NCBI RefSeq assembly: GCF_006345805.1
Contig: NW_021832035.1
Coordinates: 136,001 to 200,000 of the forward strand
Source: Octopus sinensis
Taxonomy: Eukaryota
DNA: 64,000 nt
Reading direction: 5' to 3'
Shown: one piece after another, positions 50,381 through 62,230 of the stretch
Position numbering within the stretch: position 1 is the stretch's first letter
How the letters are laid out: the number at the start of each line of letters is the position of its first letter
Program-made: the position numbers and the translations under genes
The notes under the pieces: model-generated
The model's input: only the letters and a program-made list of their open reading frames with translations
Databases searched by the model: none
What the model was told of the DNA's origin: nothing

Positions 50381-51201
50381 ATAAGAATGAATGTTTTTAT
50401 ATATAATGAACGTGAAATACAGGAAGGGACGAACACGGAACACAGACAAATCATTCGAAGCCTTCAATCTTCAGTCAGACACCGAATCATCATAGCAAAT
50501 TTCGGCTGTTCAATTCTGATATTTGCTCCAACTCGGCCAGCCCCAGAAAAAAAAACTAAGCTGTAAGCATTAGATTTCTTGGTAGAAGACAGGAATGTGA
50601 ACGCACAAGACGGATGTGAATACAAGAGACGAAAACGAAATTGAAAACAGTAATGAATAAACAAAATATATATAACGGTGTTGTCATACGACTTTAGACC
50701 AAATGAGACAAAACAACAACAACATAGCAGCTGGCGTAGAAATAATTACCGTTTCGGTTAGCGGGGACCTGTTGGTCGAGATACGAAGGCCAACAGAATG
50801 GTTGAAGAAGCAGCAGGTCGCAGGAGAGAGAAGAAAGAGAGACAGAGAGAGAGGGAATCAAAGAGGGTGGAAGGCAGGGGACAGAATCAGTGACCACGAG
50901 AGAAGGAGAAAGAAGGGATTAAGGAGGATGGGAGGAAGAGGGGAGGAGGATGGGAGGAAGAGAGGGGAAGAATCGGAGGGCGCCAAAAGTTGGTGAAGAA
51001 GCAATGGCGGGTAGTAACAGACAGTGTGTATAGAAGTCGTGCAGGGTTTAAAATTGGACAAACAAACGGGGGGGTGCACGTAACGCGCAATAATATAAGA
51101 ATGAATGTTTTTATATATAATGAACGTGAAATACAGGAAGGGACGAACACGGAACACAGACAAATCATATCGAGCCTTCAATCTTCAGTCAGACACCGAA
51201 T
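50381..51201. mobile_element. 821-bp element with 107-bp terminal direct repeats, inserted in (TA)n
   Basis: ataagaatgaatgttttt...cttcagtcagacaccgaat at 50381-50487 and 51095-51201; (AT)n on both flanks; non-coding interior. Confidence 0.8.
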
Positions 51202-51226
51202 ATATATATATATATATATATAATAT

Positions 51227-51263
<37 letters not shown>

Positions 51264-51269
<6 letters not shown>

Positions 51270-51424
51270 ATATGTTACAATTACTCAATAGTCACGATAA
51301 AACTCTGAGTTTCAGATGCCGAAGTTGAAATCCACAACACCATCTCTTCGATGTTGTGGATTTCCACTTCGGAATCTGAAACTCAGAGTTTTATCTTGAC
51401 TATTGAGTAATTGCAACCTATTTT
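51264..51424. repeat. Foldback hairpin, about 65-75-bp arms, 12-nt loop
   Basis: caattactcaatagtcacgataaaactctgagtttcagatgccgaagttgaaatccacaaca-N12-tgttgtggatttccacttcggaatctgaaactcagagttttatcttgactattgagtaattg. Confidence 0.95.
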
Positions 51425-51910
51425 ATAGATAAATTTCCTCTATTTACATAATATTGAGGTGTCTTTCTTCTTTTGTTATCTTACCGTTTTTACCAATATA
51501 TATATATATATTATATATATAATATTATATATATATAATATGTATGTATATATATTTAAAGAAAAGAACATGGACATTGATTTGGTACTCCTTTATTTCA
51601 GTTGTTACATATGTTTCAATAGTCAGCAATATATTTCCTATATAACTATCTGACCATGTTTTTGCTCCCCATGCTGGCAACTGCAGGGTGCATCTATTTG
51701 TTGCATCTATGGTGTGATGTCATATGTTACTAAATATTGGTTTCAAATTTTGGCACAAGGTCAGAAAGTTCAGAGGAGAGAGACAGAGATAGTCAATTAC
51801 ATCGACCTCAGTACACAACTGGTACTTATTTTATTGATCATGAAAAGATGAAAGGCAAAGTTGAACTCAGCAGTATTTGAACTCGGAATGTAACAACTGA
51901 TTACTGAATA

Positions 51911-52143
51911 AGGCGGCGAGCTGGCAGAAACGTTAGCACGCCAGGCGAAATGCTTAGTGGTATTTCGTTTGCGTTACGTTGTGAGTTTAAATTCCGCCGA
52001 GGTCGACTTTGCCTTCCATCCTTTCGGGGTCGATAAATTAAGAACCAGTTACGCACTGGGGTCGATGTAATCGACTTAATACCTATGTCTGTCCTTGTTT
52101 GTCCCCTCTGTGTTTAGTCCCTTGTGGGTAATAAAGAAATAGG
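51911..52143 (+). mobile_element. SINE family B nested in an older family-B copy
   Basis: 17-bp TSD ggaatgtaacaactgat (51885-51901 and 52142-52158). Confidence 0.9.
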
Positions 52144-52164
52144 AATGTAACAACTGATGAAATA

Positions 52165-52395
52165 CCTATTTCTTTACTACCCACAAGGGGCTAAACACAG
52201 AGAGGACAAACAAGGACAGACAGATGGATTAAGTCGATTACATCGACCCCAGTGCGTAACTGGTACTTATTTAATCGACCCCGAAAGGATGAAAGGCAAA
52301 GTTGACCTCGGCGGAATTTGAACTCAGAACGTGACGGCAGACGAAATACTAAGTATCTCGCCTGGCGTGCTAACGTTTCTGCCAGCTCGCCGCCT
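52165..52395 (-). mobile_element. SINE family B, tail-to-tail with the previous copy
   Basis: 12-bp TSD tgatgaaatacc (52155-52166 and 52395-52406). Confidence 0.9.
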
Positions 52396-52601
52396 GATGA
52401 AATACCACTAAGTTTATTACCCAGCATGCTAACAATTCTGCCAACTCACTGCCTTTATTGTGTTGCTGAATATTGAAACGTGCAACAGCTGAAATAAAGG
52501 AGCACCAAACCAATACCCTTGTTCCTTTCTCTTATTATTGTTGTGCATTTTGCATTACATTATTACATCATAGCTCAACCTCAGATATAGATGACTTGTG
52601 T

Positions 52602-52833
52602 GGCGGCGAGCTGGCAGAAACATTAGTGTGCTGGGCAAAATGCGTAGCCGTATTTTGTCTGTCGTTACGTTCTGAGTTCAAATTCTGCCGAGGTTGACTT
52701 TGCCTTTCATCCTTTCGGGGTCGATTAAATAAGTGCCAATTATGCACTGGGGTCGATGTAATCGACTTAATCCATTTGTCTGTCCTTGTTTGTCCTCTCT
52801 GTGTTTAGCCCCTTGTGGTTAGTAAAGAAATAG
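52602..52833 (+). mobile_element. SINE family B with TSD gatgacttgtgtg
   Basis: TSD at 52590-52602 and 52834-52846. Confidence 0.9.
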
Positions 52834-53028
52834 GATGACTTGTGTGTACTTGCAATGGTAGGAGTCAACATTAGGGCTGAAGCTTGGATGGTTTAATTGT
52901 TGCATGTTGTATGCATCCAGTCAACCAAGTTACCTTGAATTTTTTAAATAGTGTGGTTCATCTGTTGATGAGCCATGTCTCACATGACGTACACCACAAA
53001 CAAAAAAGTATGACCATGTCTGAGCAAG

Positions 53029-53288
53029 GTGGAGGCATGTGGCTTAGTGGTTAGGGTGTTAGCATCATAATCGTAAGGTTGTGGTTTCAATCCCTGGACC
53101 GGGCGATGCGTTGTGTTCTTGAGCAAAACACTTCATTTCACGTTGCTCCAGTCCACTCAGCTGGCAAAAATGAGTAACGCTGCGATGGACTGGCGTCCCA
53201 TCCAGCTGGGGAACACATATGCCATTGAAACCGGGAAACCGGGCCCATGAGCCTGGCTAGGCTTTAAAAGGGCGCATTTATTTTCATT
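53029..53288 (+). mobile_element. SINE family D (tRNA-type head, CORE-like gtgttcttgagcaaaacac)
   Basis: 13-bp TSD atgtctgagcaag (53016-53028 and 53289-53301). Confidence 0.9.
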
Positions 53289-53653
53289 ATGTCTGAGCAA
53301 GAACTAGCTGGCAAATCTTTCTCAAATTACATCTTACAACCTTAAAAATGATTGTGTGACATAATGTAGTCTGATGTACAAAACAAAAAGAAAAACAAAA
53401 CAATGTATGGCTGGCCATAACTGAAAAACTTTTGATCATAATTGTGATTGGCCATGATTACAATGTCACTTGGCTTGACAGGTCTTCTCAAGCATGGTAT
53501 ATTGTCAAAGGTCTTGGTCACTTGTCACTGCCTTGGAATATACTTAGAATAAACTGGTTTGAAACCTTATTTACAAGTGTTGCCACTCAAAAGAATGTTA
53601 AAAGCTACCATGAAATCACTCTTTATGGGTAGATTAAGATTATGTATAGATAT

Positions 53654-54059
53654 GGGCGCAGGAGTGGCTGTGTGGTAAGTAGCTTGTTTACCAACCACAT
53701 GGTTCCGGGTTTAGTCCCACTGCATTGCACCTTGGGCAAATGTCTTCTACAATAGCCTCGGGCTGATCAAAGCCTTGTGAGTGGATTTGGTAGACGGAAA
53801 CTGAAAGAAACCTGTCGTATATGTGTATATATATATATGTGTGTATGTGTTTGCGTGTCTGTGTTTGTCCCCCTAGCATTGCTTGACAACCGATGCTGGT
53901 GTGTTTATGTCCCCGTAACTTAGTGGTTCGGCAAAAGAGACCGATAGAATAAGTACTGGGCTTACAAAAGAATAAGTCCTGGGATCGAGTTGCTCGATTA
54001 AAGGCGGTGCTCTAGCATGGCCACAGTCAAATGACTGAAACAAGTAAAAGAGTAAGAGT
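53654..54059 (+). mobile_element. SINE family A, full length
   Basis: gggcgcaggagtggctgtgtgg...gtaaaagagtaagagta. Confidence 0.9.
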
Positions 54060-55113
54060 ATATAGATATAAAGTGAAACATTGATGCTGGAATATTTCAA
54101 ACAGATACCCACTGGCTTCGTATTTCCCAGTTGTTGACGTAAACCTCAGAATAGATTTTAACTTGAGCTAACAACAGGTATTGTCATGCATCCCACTATT
54201 CCATAATCACGACATGAAAGAGCTTCTTTCACAAACACATCTGCCTGTCTGGAGGTTAAGGTTTATCAACCTGAAATTTGTCAAGTCATGCAATCTTGTC
54301 CAAAATCCTGCTTTGAATCTAATTCAAAACTTGACTCAAGGCTTCTTTCTTGTTACGCACTCGGCAATTTCAGTGATGCAAATTAACAAACATTTTGTCA
54401 CAAACATAATCTCATTTGGCTCAGATGCATTGAATTCTTATTCTTGTTATTATTTACATTTCTCTTTATCTAACTTTAGATTTTTTTTTTTTACCTTTCA
54501 GTTCCATTTTCTTTTTCTCTTTTCCATAATTTTCTTAACAATTTCACTTATTCACTTGATTAGCAGTATCGCTCAATACCTGGAGTTTGTCACAAATTTA
54601 CGTGGGTATGTTTATGTATAAATATTTGTGATTGTTCAGCAATACATGAGTGTGTGTGTGTGAGTGTGTGTGTGTGTGTGCAGACATGATTGTGTGGTTG
54701 AGATACTTGCTTCCCAACCACAGGGCTCCAGATTCAGTTCCACTGCATGGCTCCTCAGGCAAGTGTTTCCTGTAACTCTCAGCTGTTCAAAGCTTTGGGA
54801 GTGGAATTGATGGACAGAAACTGAAAGAGATGTGCTGTATATCTATCTATCTGTCTGCCTGTCAGTCAGCCTATCTATCAATCTATCTATCTATCCATCT
54901 ATCTTTGTGCCTGGTAAATGAGTGGAAACTTTACTGGTGAGCGTGTTAAATAAGGCACTGAAAGAGAATGTCTCTCCCCAGACACAACAAAATATGCTTC
55001 AGCACACGAGCTCACATAAAAAATGTTGCAAACCAAATTCAAAAATGAAATATCTATCTATCCATCTATCCATCCACCCAAATACACACACACAGTGTGG
55101 ATTTACAGTTGGT

Positions 55114-56040
55114 GTGGCCAACAGAGTTCAGGAAACAAGGCATGAAATCTTTTAAGATTTATTGTAAATTCAAGTTATACAAAGTTACTGCACCAATATA
55201 CTACATAATTATTCAATACAAACCCTGCTGGTTTTAATAACTCCCTGAGATGACCACCGAATCAGAAACTTATGCTTTTCGCGACTGCAGCTGACAAATC
55301 TTGAAACGCATGGCACCTGCACTGCTTCATCCTTGGTATTGCAGGTTGACACATGTCAGCCTGGACATCTGACCTCCTAACTCTCCAGACTTCAATCCTT
55401 TGTCAGAGAAACCCTTTTGAGTCTTCTTGACCCTGTGCATGGATGTAGAATCTTGCTGGAACACCACATCTTTCCAGTCACTTCATCAATCCTGGGCTTT
55501 ACCATGTTCTCCGGAACCCCCTGATACACATCCTGGTTCACCTTCAGGCCCACATTAAAGATGTGAGGGTGGTCCCTAACTGCTGATCATGCCAAAAACC
55601 ACGATTTGTTCTGGCAAAAGTTTTTTACTACCTGGGAAAATCCACAGCATGTTCAACTTGTTCAACAGCTTCTTGGCCCTCTTCACACAGTTCTCCTTGG
55701 ACTTCTGAATGAGTAACTGTTTACACCTTCTAAAACTTGTAACGAAGGTCTTCATTCACATAAATCCTTATAGTCTCCTTATCACAGCCTTGTTGCCTGG
55801 CAGTCTTGTGTATCTGAATGGAGAGGTTTTCCTCAATGAATTATTCACTTTTCTGGACGAAATTAGCATCTCTTATCCTTTGTTTACTGCAATTATCAGT
55901 TTTCCTAGCAGCTTCATTGACACTGCTGCTGCTAGGAAGTTATTGTTCTGTAAATCCTTCCTCATCCTCTGGACTATGTACAGTGGGAGCTTTAAGTTTT
56001 TTTACATGGGCCATGTTATTCTCGCTGGCACAAACTGTGT
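55114..56040 (-). pseudogene. Tc1/mariner-superfamily transposase remnant (maT/DD37D-like)
   Basis: Broken frames EDLRYKF..., KQLLIQKSKENCVKRAKKLLNKL, PHIFNVGLKVNQDVYQGVPENMVKP and VVFQQDSTSMHRVKKTQ. Ends near tacagttggtgtggcc. Confidence 0.85.
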
Positions 56041-56061
56041 ACACCACCACCTTCATTTAAT

Positions 56062-56440
56062 TCTTTAGCATTTAAACTGGCCATATGCAGTCCAAATATG
56101 CTGAAGACACCTCCAAAAGGAAGGGCCCCACCATGTCAAAACGGTAGAGGAGTAGGGGCCGAAACCGGACATGGTTCCTCCTGATGATGTCTTGAGCTAA
56201 CCGAATCCTATAAAAGAGCTGTTGTGGTAGCAGACCACGAAACACGGTTGCAATTCCTACCTGTTTTATGTTTAAACTGGCCAGATCCAGCCTCTTATAC
56301 TCACCTACAATGTCATTTTAAAAACAAACAATCACATCCCTAAAATCATGGAGCTCAAAGCTACAAGACAATGCATGATTCAAATGAATGTGAATAAATA
56401 AGCATCACATGTGGAAAGTTAATTTCAATGCCAAAGGGTT
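56062..56440 (+). mobile_element. TTAA MITE family 2 with a about 150-bp foreign insert (56101-56255)
   Basis: taattctttagcatttaaactggcc...[insert]...cctacctgttttatg...caatgccaaagggttaa. Confidence 0.7.
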
Positions 56441-57247
56441 AATGTAAGAACATTTCTTGTTGAGAGAGAATAACCCTTAATTTCATTTGAGTTCTTTGTT
56501 ATATACTGATAAAAGCTGAATAAGGGACAGGATATAACTGCACTCCCCAATACATTTATACAGTAGAGAAGACTTCCTGCAGATTTTTATTCATCTATGA
56601 AAGCATAATTGCTTTGAAGATTTACATGCCATTCACTTAGCTAATCAGGGTGGGCTGCTTTTGGTGTTTTTATGACATGTATATAGTGTGTGTTTGCATG
56701 TGTAAACGTGTGTAAAGATATGCATGTATGAGTGTGTGTTTGGATACATGTACAAATGTGTGTATGCATGTCTGCCTTTATGTGTGTGTATATGTATATA
56801 TAAGAGTATATACAGTTGTGTGTGTGTGTGTGTGTATTATATATTACTACTACTAAGGTTTGGCCAGCATCATGTGATGTGTGAAGTGTGTGTGTGTAGG
56901 TGCATGCTGTATTTTCTGGTAGAGAAGTTGACATGGGATTCAGTGTAAACATGGAGTGTAAACGTTCAAACATCATTATCTTTCCAAATTCGTTTTGGTG
57001 TATCAGTTCACTTACCTTGTTTTTTAGGCTGCAAATTTTGGTCTGAGAAATTCAATGTATGCTGGAAAATACAGTTCATGTATATTTATGTATACATATG
57101 AGGGGCAGGGGACTGAAATCTCCTTGACTTTAAGGGTATCACAAAAAGCCTGGCTGGTCTACAACATTCCAAGTTCTTTTACAGGGCTTTGAAAAACTGA
57201 AGGACTGCTGCAATAAGTGTGTGAATCTGAGAGGGGAATATATTTAG

Positions 57248-58047
57248 CCCTTTCATTACTGTATTTATTTTGAGATACTCTGTGTTTCTTTCAATTACTT
57301 CTAATATAACAAAGAATTTAGTAAAATAACTTAGTTATCATTAAGCTAGTGTTAGGAACATAAATTGTAACTAAGGTATGGTAGAAGATTTTAATTCAAA
57401 ATTTATGAAAACAAAATGTTTGTACTATAGAGCCAGAGCTGGTTTCAGCTGGGTTGGTAATAAAAAGGTTTAAAATATTATGGGGACTTTAACCCTTTTG
57501 TTACCATATTTCTGTTGAGATGTTCTGTGTTTCTTTCAATAAATTTTAAATATAACAACGAATTTAGTAAAATAACTTGGTTATCATTCAGCTAGTGCTA
57601 GGAACATAAATTGTGACTAAGGTTTGGTGGAAGATTTTAATTCAAAAACTTATGAAAACAAGACATTTGTATTACAAAGCCAGAGCTGGTTTCAGCCGGG
57701 TTGGTATCAAAAGGGTTAAATATAACAAAGAATTTAGTAAAATAACTTAGTTATCATTAAGCTAGTGTTAGGAACATAAATTGTGACTAAGGTTTAGCAG
57801 AAGATTTTAATTCCAAACTTATGAAAACAAGACATTTGTACTACAGAGCCAGTTTCAACCGGGTTGGTAATGAAAGGGTTAAATATAACAAAGGATTTAG
57901 TAAAATAACTTAGTTATCATTAAGCTAGTGTTAGGAACATAAATTGTCACTAAGGTTTGGTAGAAGATTTTAATTCCAAATTTATGAAAACAAGATGTTT
58001 GTACTACGGAGCCAGAGCCGGTTTCAACCGGGTTGGTAATGAAAGGG
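57248..58047 (+). mobile_element. piggyBac-like MITE cluster: two complete copies plus two tandem 3' partial copies
   Basis: TTAA|CCCTTTTGTTACC...GGTATCAAAAGGG|TTAA (57493-57715). Partial units end at 57878 and 58047, and each restarts at the element's internal ttaaatataac. Confidence 0.85.
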
Positions 58048-58124
58048 TTAACTGATCATCCTGTATTTTCTTTTACTCAAAGCCAGCAACTTTTCAGCAC
58101 CCCCTTGTACACACACAAACATGT

Positions 58125-58314
58125 GTGTGTATGCCATGATAGATCGTTAGCCACTACACACATTTTTTTCCCCTCCTTGTTTTTTCTGTGTCCCTTTCTG
58201 TAGAAGAGCATAGGCTCGAAACGTAAAAGACTTTTTCTGTTCCTGAGCGTTATACTAATACATCTGTTTGTTTTGTACACCACCTGTCTTCGTCTTTTGC
58301 TTTTTGTAAACTCT

Positions 58315-58320
<6 letters not shown>
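58125..58320 (+). mobile_element. Penelope-like short element with a variant hammerhead-like core
   Basis: cttt-CTGTAGA-a-GAGC-atag-GCTC-GAAA-CG-TA-aaag (58194-58229); microsatellite flanks. Confidence 0.6.
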
Positions 58321-58373
<53 letters not shown>

Positions 58374-59879
58374 TGTAGTGTGTGTGTATATGTGTATAAA
58401 AGCTATTAGAAGTATCAGTTGTTTAGAAATGGGGCTCCACTTTATATATGTTTCTAACTCCATTCAACAAAGTACTTCTGGCTATTCCACAACCAATTAC
58501 GTTTCGTTTCCCTGGTGCTGGTATTGAACTCTGTGTAGCTAAATTTGATGAATGTTTTATAAAACTCCCAGTAGGTATCGCAAGCGTTTAGCAAGTCGAT
58601 TTTATCCATTGATGTTGTAAGTGTTGTAGGAGCTAAGTGAGGTGGCTTGCACCTTCATCGACGAAATGTTTATCATCACAAAACAACATGGTCTCTTGCA
58701 ACATAATCACTTTCTTTCTATTCATATATTTTTTTCTCACTTTAATCTTGCATCTTGCTTTCACAAAGTCATGTAGTCATCTTCCTGTTGTTTCCCCGTT
58801 CTTCCTTATCGTATTGCTTCATTATAATCGTCTTTCAGTGTATTTCTGTAGAGTGCATCTAATTATCCACTCCTCGGAAAAAAAAAAAAAACCCTTTGAA
58901 ACACCAACTCCCAGGGGATTTGGCATACGCATATCTAATTTTGTGAATCATTAAATAGATTTAGGGAAGTTATCAGGGTTTTTTTTTTGTTTTTTGTATA
59001 AAGCCTATCATACTCGTCTCTTTTGGTATTTGCTACATTTTTGTATGTTCAGAGCAAAATTATTTGCAAGCTTAATGGTTTGTGGTTTATACTGTTATGT
59101 TTTTATATACCTTGGACTACATTATCTTATGTACTAATGTACTATACTTCTCCTTTTTTAATATGGTAGGATAGGATCTAAGAGGATTTGTCTGCTACTT
59201 CTAGCAGATTGAGCGATGTGTAGAATCTCATTCTTTTGTCTTTGAGGTTTATTTATGTATTATCAGTTTTGCTTCTTCTAATGAAAAGCTTGCTTCTCTG
59301 CATTTACTAGAGATGTTTTCATGAAATTTTGTTTCCATAGCAACTTATTGATTGTATATATTTATAAATTGTTGAATTAAACCAATCTAAATTTTATTTT
59401 TTTTTTTTTCTCGATATCTGTTGCATGGTGAATTTAGTGCCAATTTAATTATAGATGCTTCTGGAATAAAGGCAATGCCCCAGCATGACCATTATGTATG
59501 ATGGCCAAAACAAACTACAAAATAAGATTTCACTTGATTATAATAAAAATATCGAAGTCGGATAAAGTGAAGTGCATTTTGGCAGTCCTTAATCCATTTA
59601 CTGTTAGCCAGGGTCTGAGAAGATAACAGCTGTAGATAAATATGGTCTAGCTTGCAACTAACTGAAGCTCACAATAATTTATGCAGATTATATTATATTC
59701 TGTTTATTGCTTCTTCTGACAGAGAGGACAGCTTGCTGAACAAATAGAAACGTAGGATGGTATTTGACATCATTAGCAGTAACTTGAGACAGAGAAAGAG
59801 CTACAAGTTCTATTGGTCGGAACTGAATTTATGACTCCAAGCTTGTTTCCTTTGTTTGGTGGGTGACATCATTACCAAT

Positions 59880-60382
59880 TGCCAAGAGCACCATCCGAGC
59901 GTGATCGTTGCCAGAGCAGCCAACTGGCTTCCATGCCAGTGGCACGTAAAAGGGCACCATTCGAGCATGATCGTTACCAACGTTGCCTTACTGGCACCTG
60001 TGCTGGTCGCATGTGTAAAAGGATTCGAGCGAGGTTGTTGCCAGTACTGCCTGACTGGCCCCCGTGCTGTGGCATGCACCATTCGAGCGTGATCGTTACC
60101 AACGTTGCCTTACTGGCACCTGTGCTGGTCGCATGTGTAAAAAGATTCAAGCGAGGTCGTTGCCAGTACCCCCTGACTGGCCCCCGTGCTGGTGGCACGT
60201 AAAAAGCACCCACTACACTCTCGGAGTGGTTGGTGTTAGGAAGGGCATCCAGCTGTAGAAACTCTGCCAAATCAAGATTGGAGCCTGGTGCAGCCATCTG
60301 GTTCACTAGCCCTCAGTCAAAATCGTCCAACCCATGCTAGCATGGAAAGCGGACGTTAAATGATAATGATCATCATCATCAT
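59880..60382 (+). mobile_element. Family E element with a about 122-130-bp internal tandem unit
   Basis: Close relative of 2055-2608; tail gcggacgttaaatgataatgat. Confidence 0.85.
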
Positions 60383-60737
60383 CTATCATTCTATCTTTAC
60401 AAATTAGATATTATAAATGATTTTATTTACTTTTTTTTAATTGTATTTGTTTTCTGTCTCAAATTAGGTATTTATAATATCTAATATCATTTGCAATAAT
60501 GTCTTGATTGATAAATCGCTTAGATATTTAGGGGGGGGGGTGATTTTTTTTTTCTTTTTAAATTTTTTAAGGGCCTATTTGCCTTCAGTTATATTAAGAA
60601 ATGTTGAAGGAATCTGGTCCAGCAACACACAAACATACACAAGGCTGTTAAACTTTTATTAACATTCATCAATTATCCCAGAGTTAATATATTAACAAAT
60701 TTTAGCCTCTATCTGTGTATGGATATAGGTGTATGTG

Positions 60738-61040
60738 AGGGCGCGTGGCTTAGTGGTTAGGGCATTCGGCTCATGATCGTAAGGTTGTGAGTTCGATTCC
60801 CGGCGACGCGTTGTGTCCTTGAGCAAGACACTTTATTTCCCGTTGCTCCAGTCCACTCAGCTGGCAAAAATGAGTTGTACTTGTATTTCAAAGGGTCAGC
60901 CTTGTCACTCTCTGTGTCACGCTGATTATCCCCGAGAACTACGTGAGGGGTACACGTGTCTGTGGAATGCTCAGCCATTTGCACGTTAATTTCACGAGCA
61001 AGCTGTTCCGTTGATCGTATCAGCTGGGACCCTCGTCGTC
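60738..61040 (+). mobile_element. SINE family D head with a different 3' half
   Basis: ggcgcgtggcttagtggttagggc...gagttcgattccc...gtgtccttgagcaagacac...cagctggcaaaaatgagt, then diverges from the 53029 copy. Confidence 0.85.
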
Positions 61041-61268
61041 GTAACCGGCGGAGTCTTTAATGTATACACACACATATATATGCATGTGTGTATGGATGTA
61101 CACACACACACACACACCACACACATATATATATAAATTTAAAATGAGGGTGAGAAATTGGATATTAATTTAATTAACATCAATTTAAAACCAGTGGTCT
61201 AGCATATTAAAATTTGAAATTTCAGTAAATTGTATTATATACATATGAGAGGGATGACATCCCTCTCA

Positions 61269-61299
<31 letters not shown>

Positions 61300-61334
61300 G
61301 GACTGGCTATGTATAGTGTAAATCAAAGTTATAT

Positions 61335-61549
61335 ATACAAGGGGATGCTTTAAAGTTCCCAGCTTTGAGTAAAAAAAAATACAGGATGATCAGTTACTAA
61401 TGATTTTATTCAACATATTTCCCCTCTCAAATTCACACACTTGTTGCAGTGGTACTTTTTTCTAAATCCTGTAAAAGAACTTGGAAGGTTAGGCCTTCAA
61501 CCAGACCTTTCATGATACCCTTAAAGCCAAGAACATTTCAGCATCCCCT

Positions 61550-61552
<3 letters not shown>
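61335..61552. mobile_element. Tc1/mariner-type MITE
   Basis: ta|caaggggatgctttaaagttc...gaacatttcagcatccccttg|tg. A partial copy is at about 58055-58110. Confidence 0.75.
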
Positions 61553-61586
<34 letters not shown>

Positions 61587-61587
<1 letters not shown>

Positions 61588-61800
61588 GGCGGTGAGCTGG
61601 CAGAATCATTAGCACGCCGGGCGACATGCTTAGCAGTATTTAGTCTGCCGCTACGTTCTGAGTTCAAATTCTGCCGAGGTCGACTTTGCCTTTCATCCTT
61701 TCGGGGTCGATAAATAAAGTACCCGTTTTGCACTGGGGTCGATGTAATCGACTTAATCCCTTTGTTTGTCCTCCTCTATGTTTAGCCCCTTGTGAGCTGT
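61587..61800 (+). mobile_element. SINE family B
   Basis: gggcggtgagctggcagaatcattagcacgccgggcg...cctttcatcctttcggggtcgat. Confidence 0.9.
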
Positions 61801-61811
61801 TAAGAATATAT

Positions 61812-62230
61812 TACTCTTTTACTCTTTTACTTGTTTCAGTCATTTGACTGCAGCCATGCTGGAGCACCACCTTTAATCGAGCAACTCGACCCCGGGACTT
61901 ATTCTTTGTAAGCCCAGTACTTATTCTATCGGTCTCTTTTGCCAAACCGCTAAGTGACGGGGACATAAACACACCAGCATCGGTTGTCAAGCAATGCTAG
62001 GGGGACAAACACAGACACACAAATATACACGCACACATACATACATATATATATATATACATATATACGACGGGCTTCTTTCAGTTTCCGTCTACCAAAT
62101 CCACTCACAAGGCTTTGGTGGGCCCGAGGCTATAGTAGAAGACACTTGCCCAAGGTGCCACGCAGTGGGACTGAACCCGGAATCATGTGGTTGGTAAACA
62201 AGCTACTTACCACACAGCCACTCCTGCGCC
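61812..62230 (-). mobile_element. SINE family A, full length
   Basis: tactcttttactcttttacttg...cacacagccactcctgcgcc. Confidence 0.9.

Noticed and set aside
58455-58655. Minus-strand 51-aa frame MDKIDLLNACDTYWEFYKTF...
   Set aside because: Short, no clear splice sites and no recognised homology.
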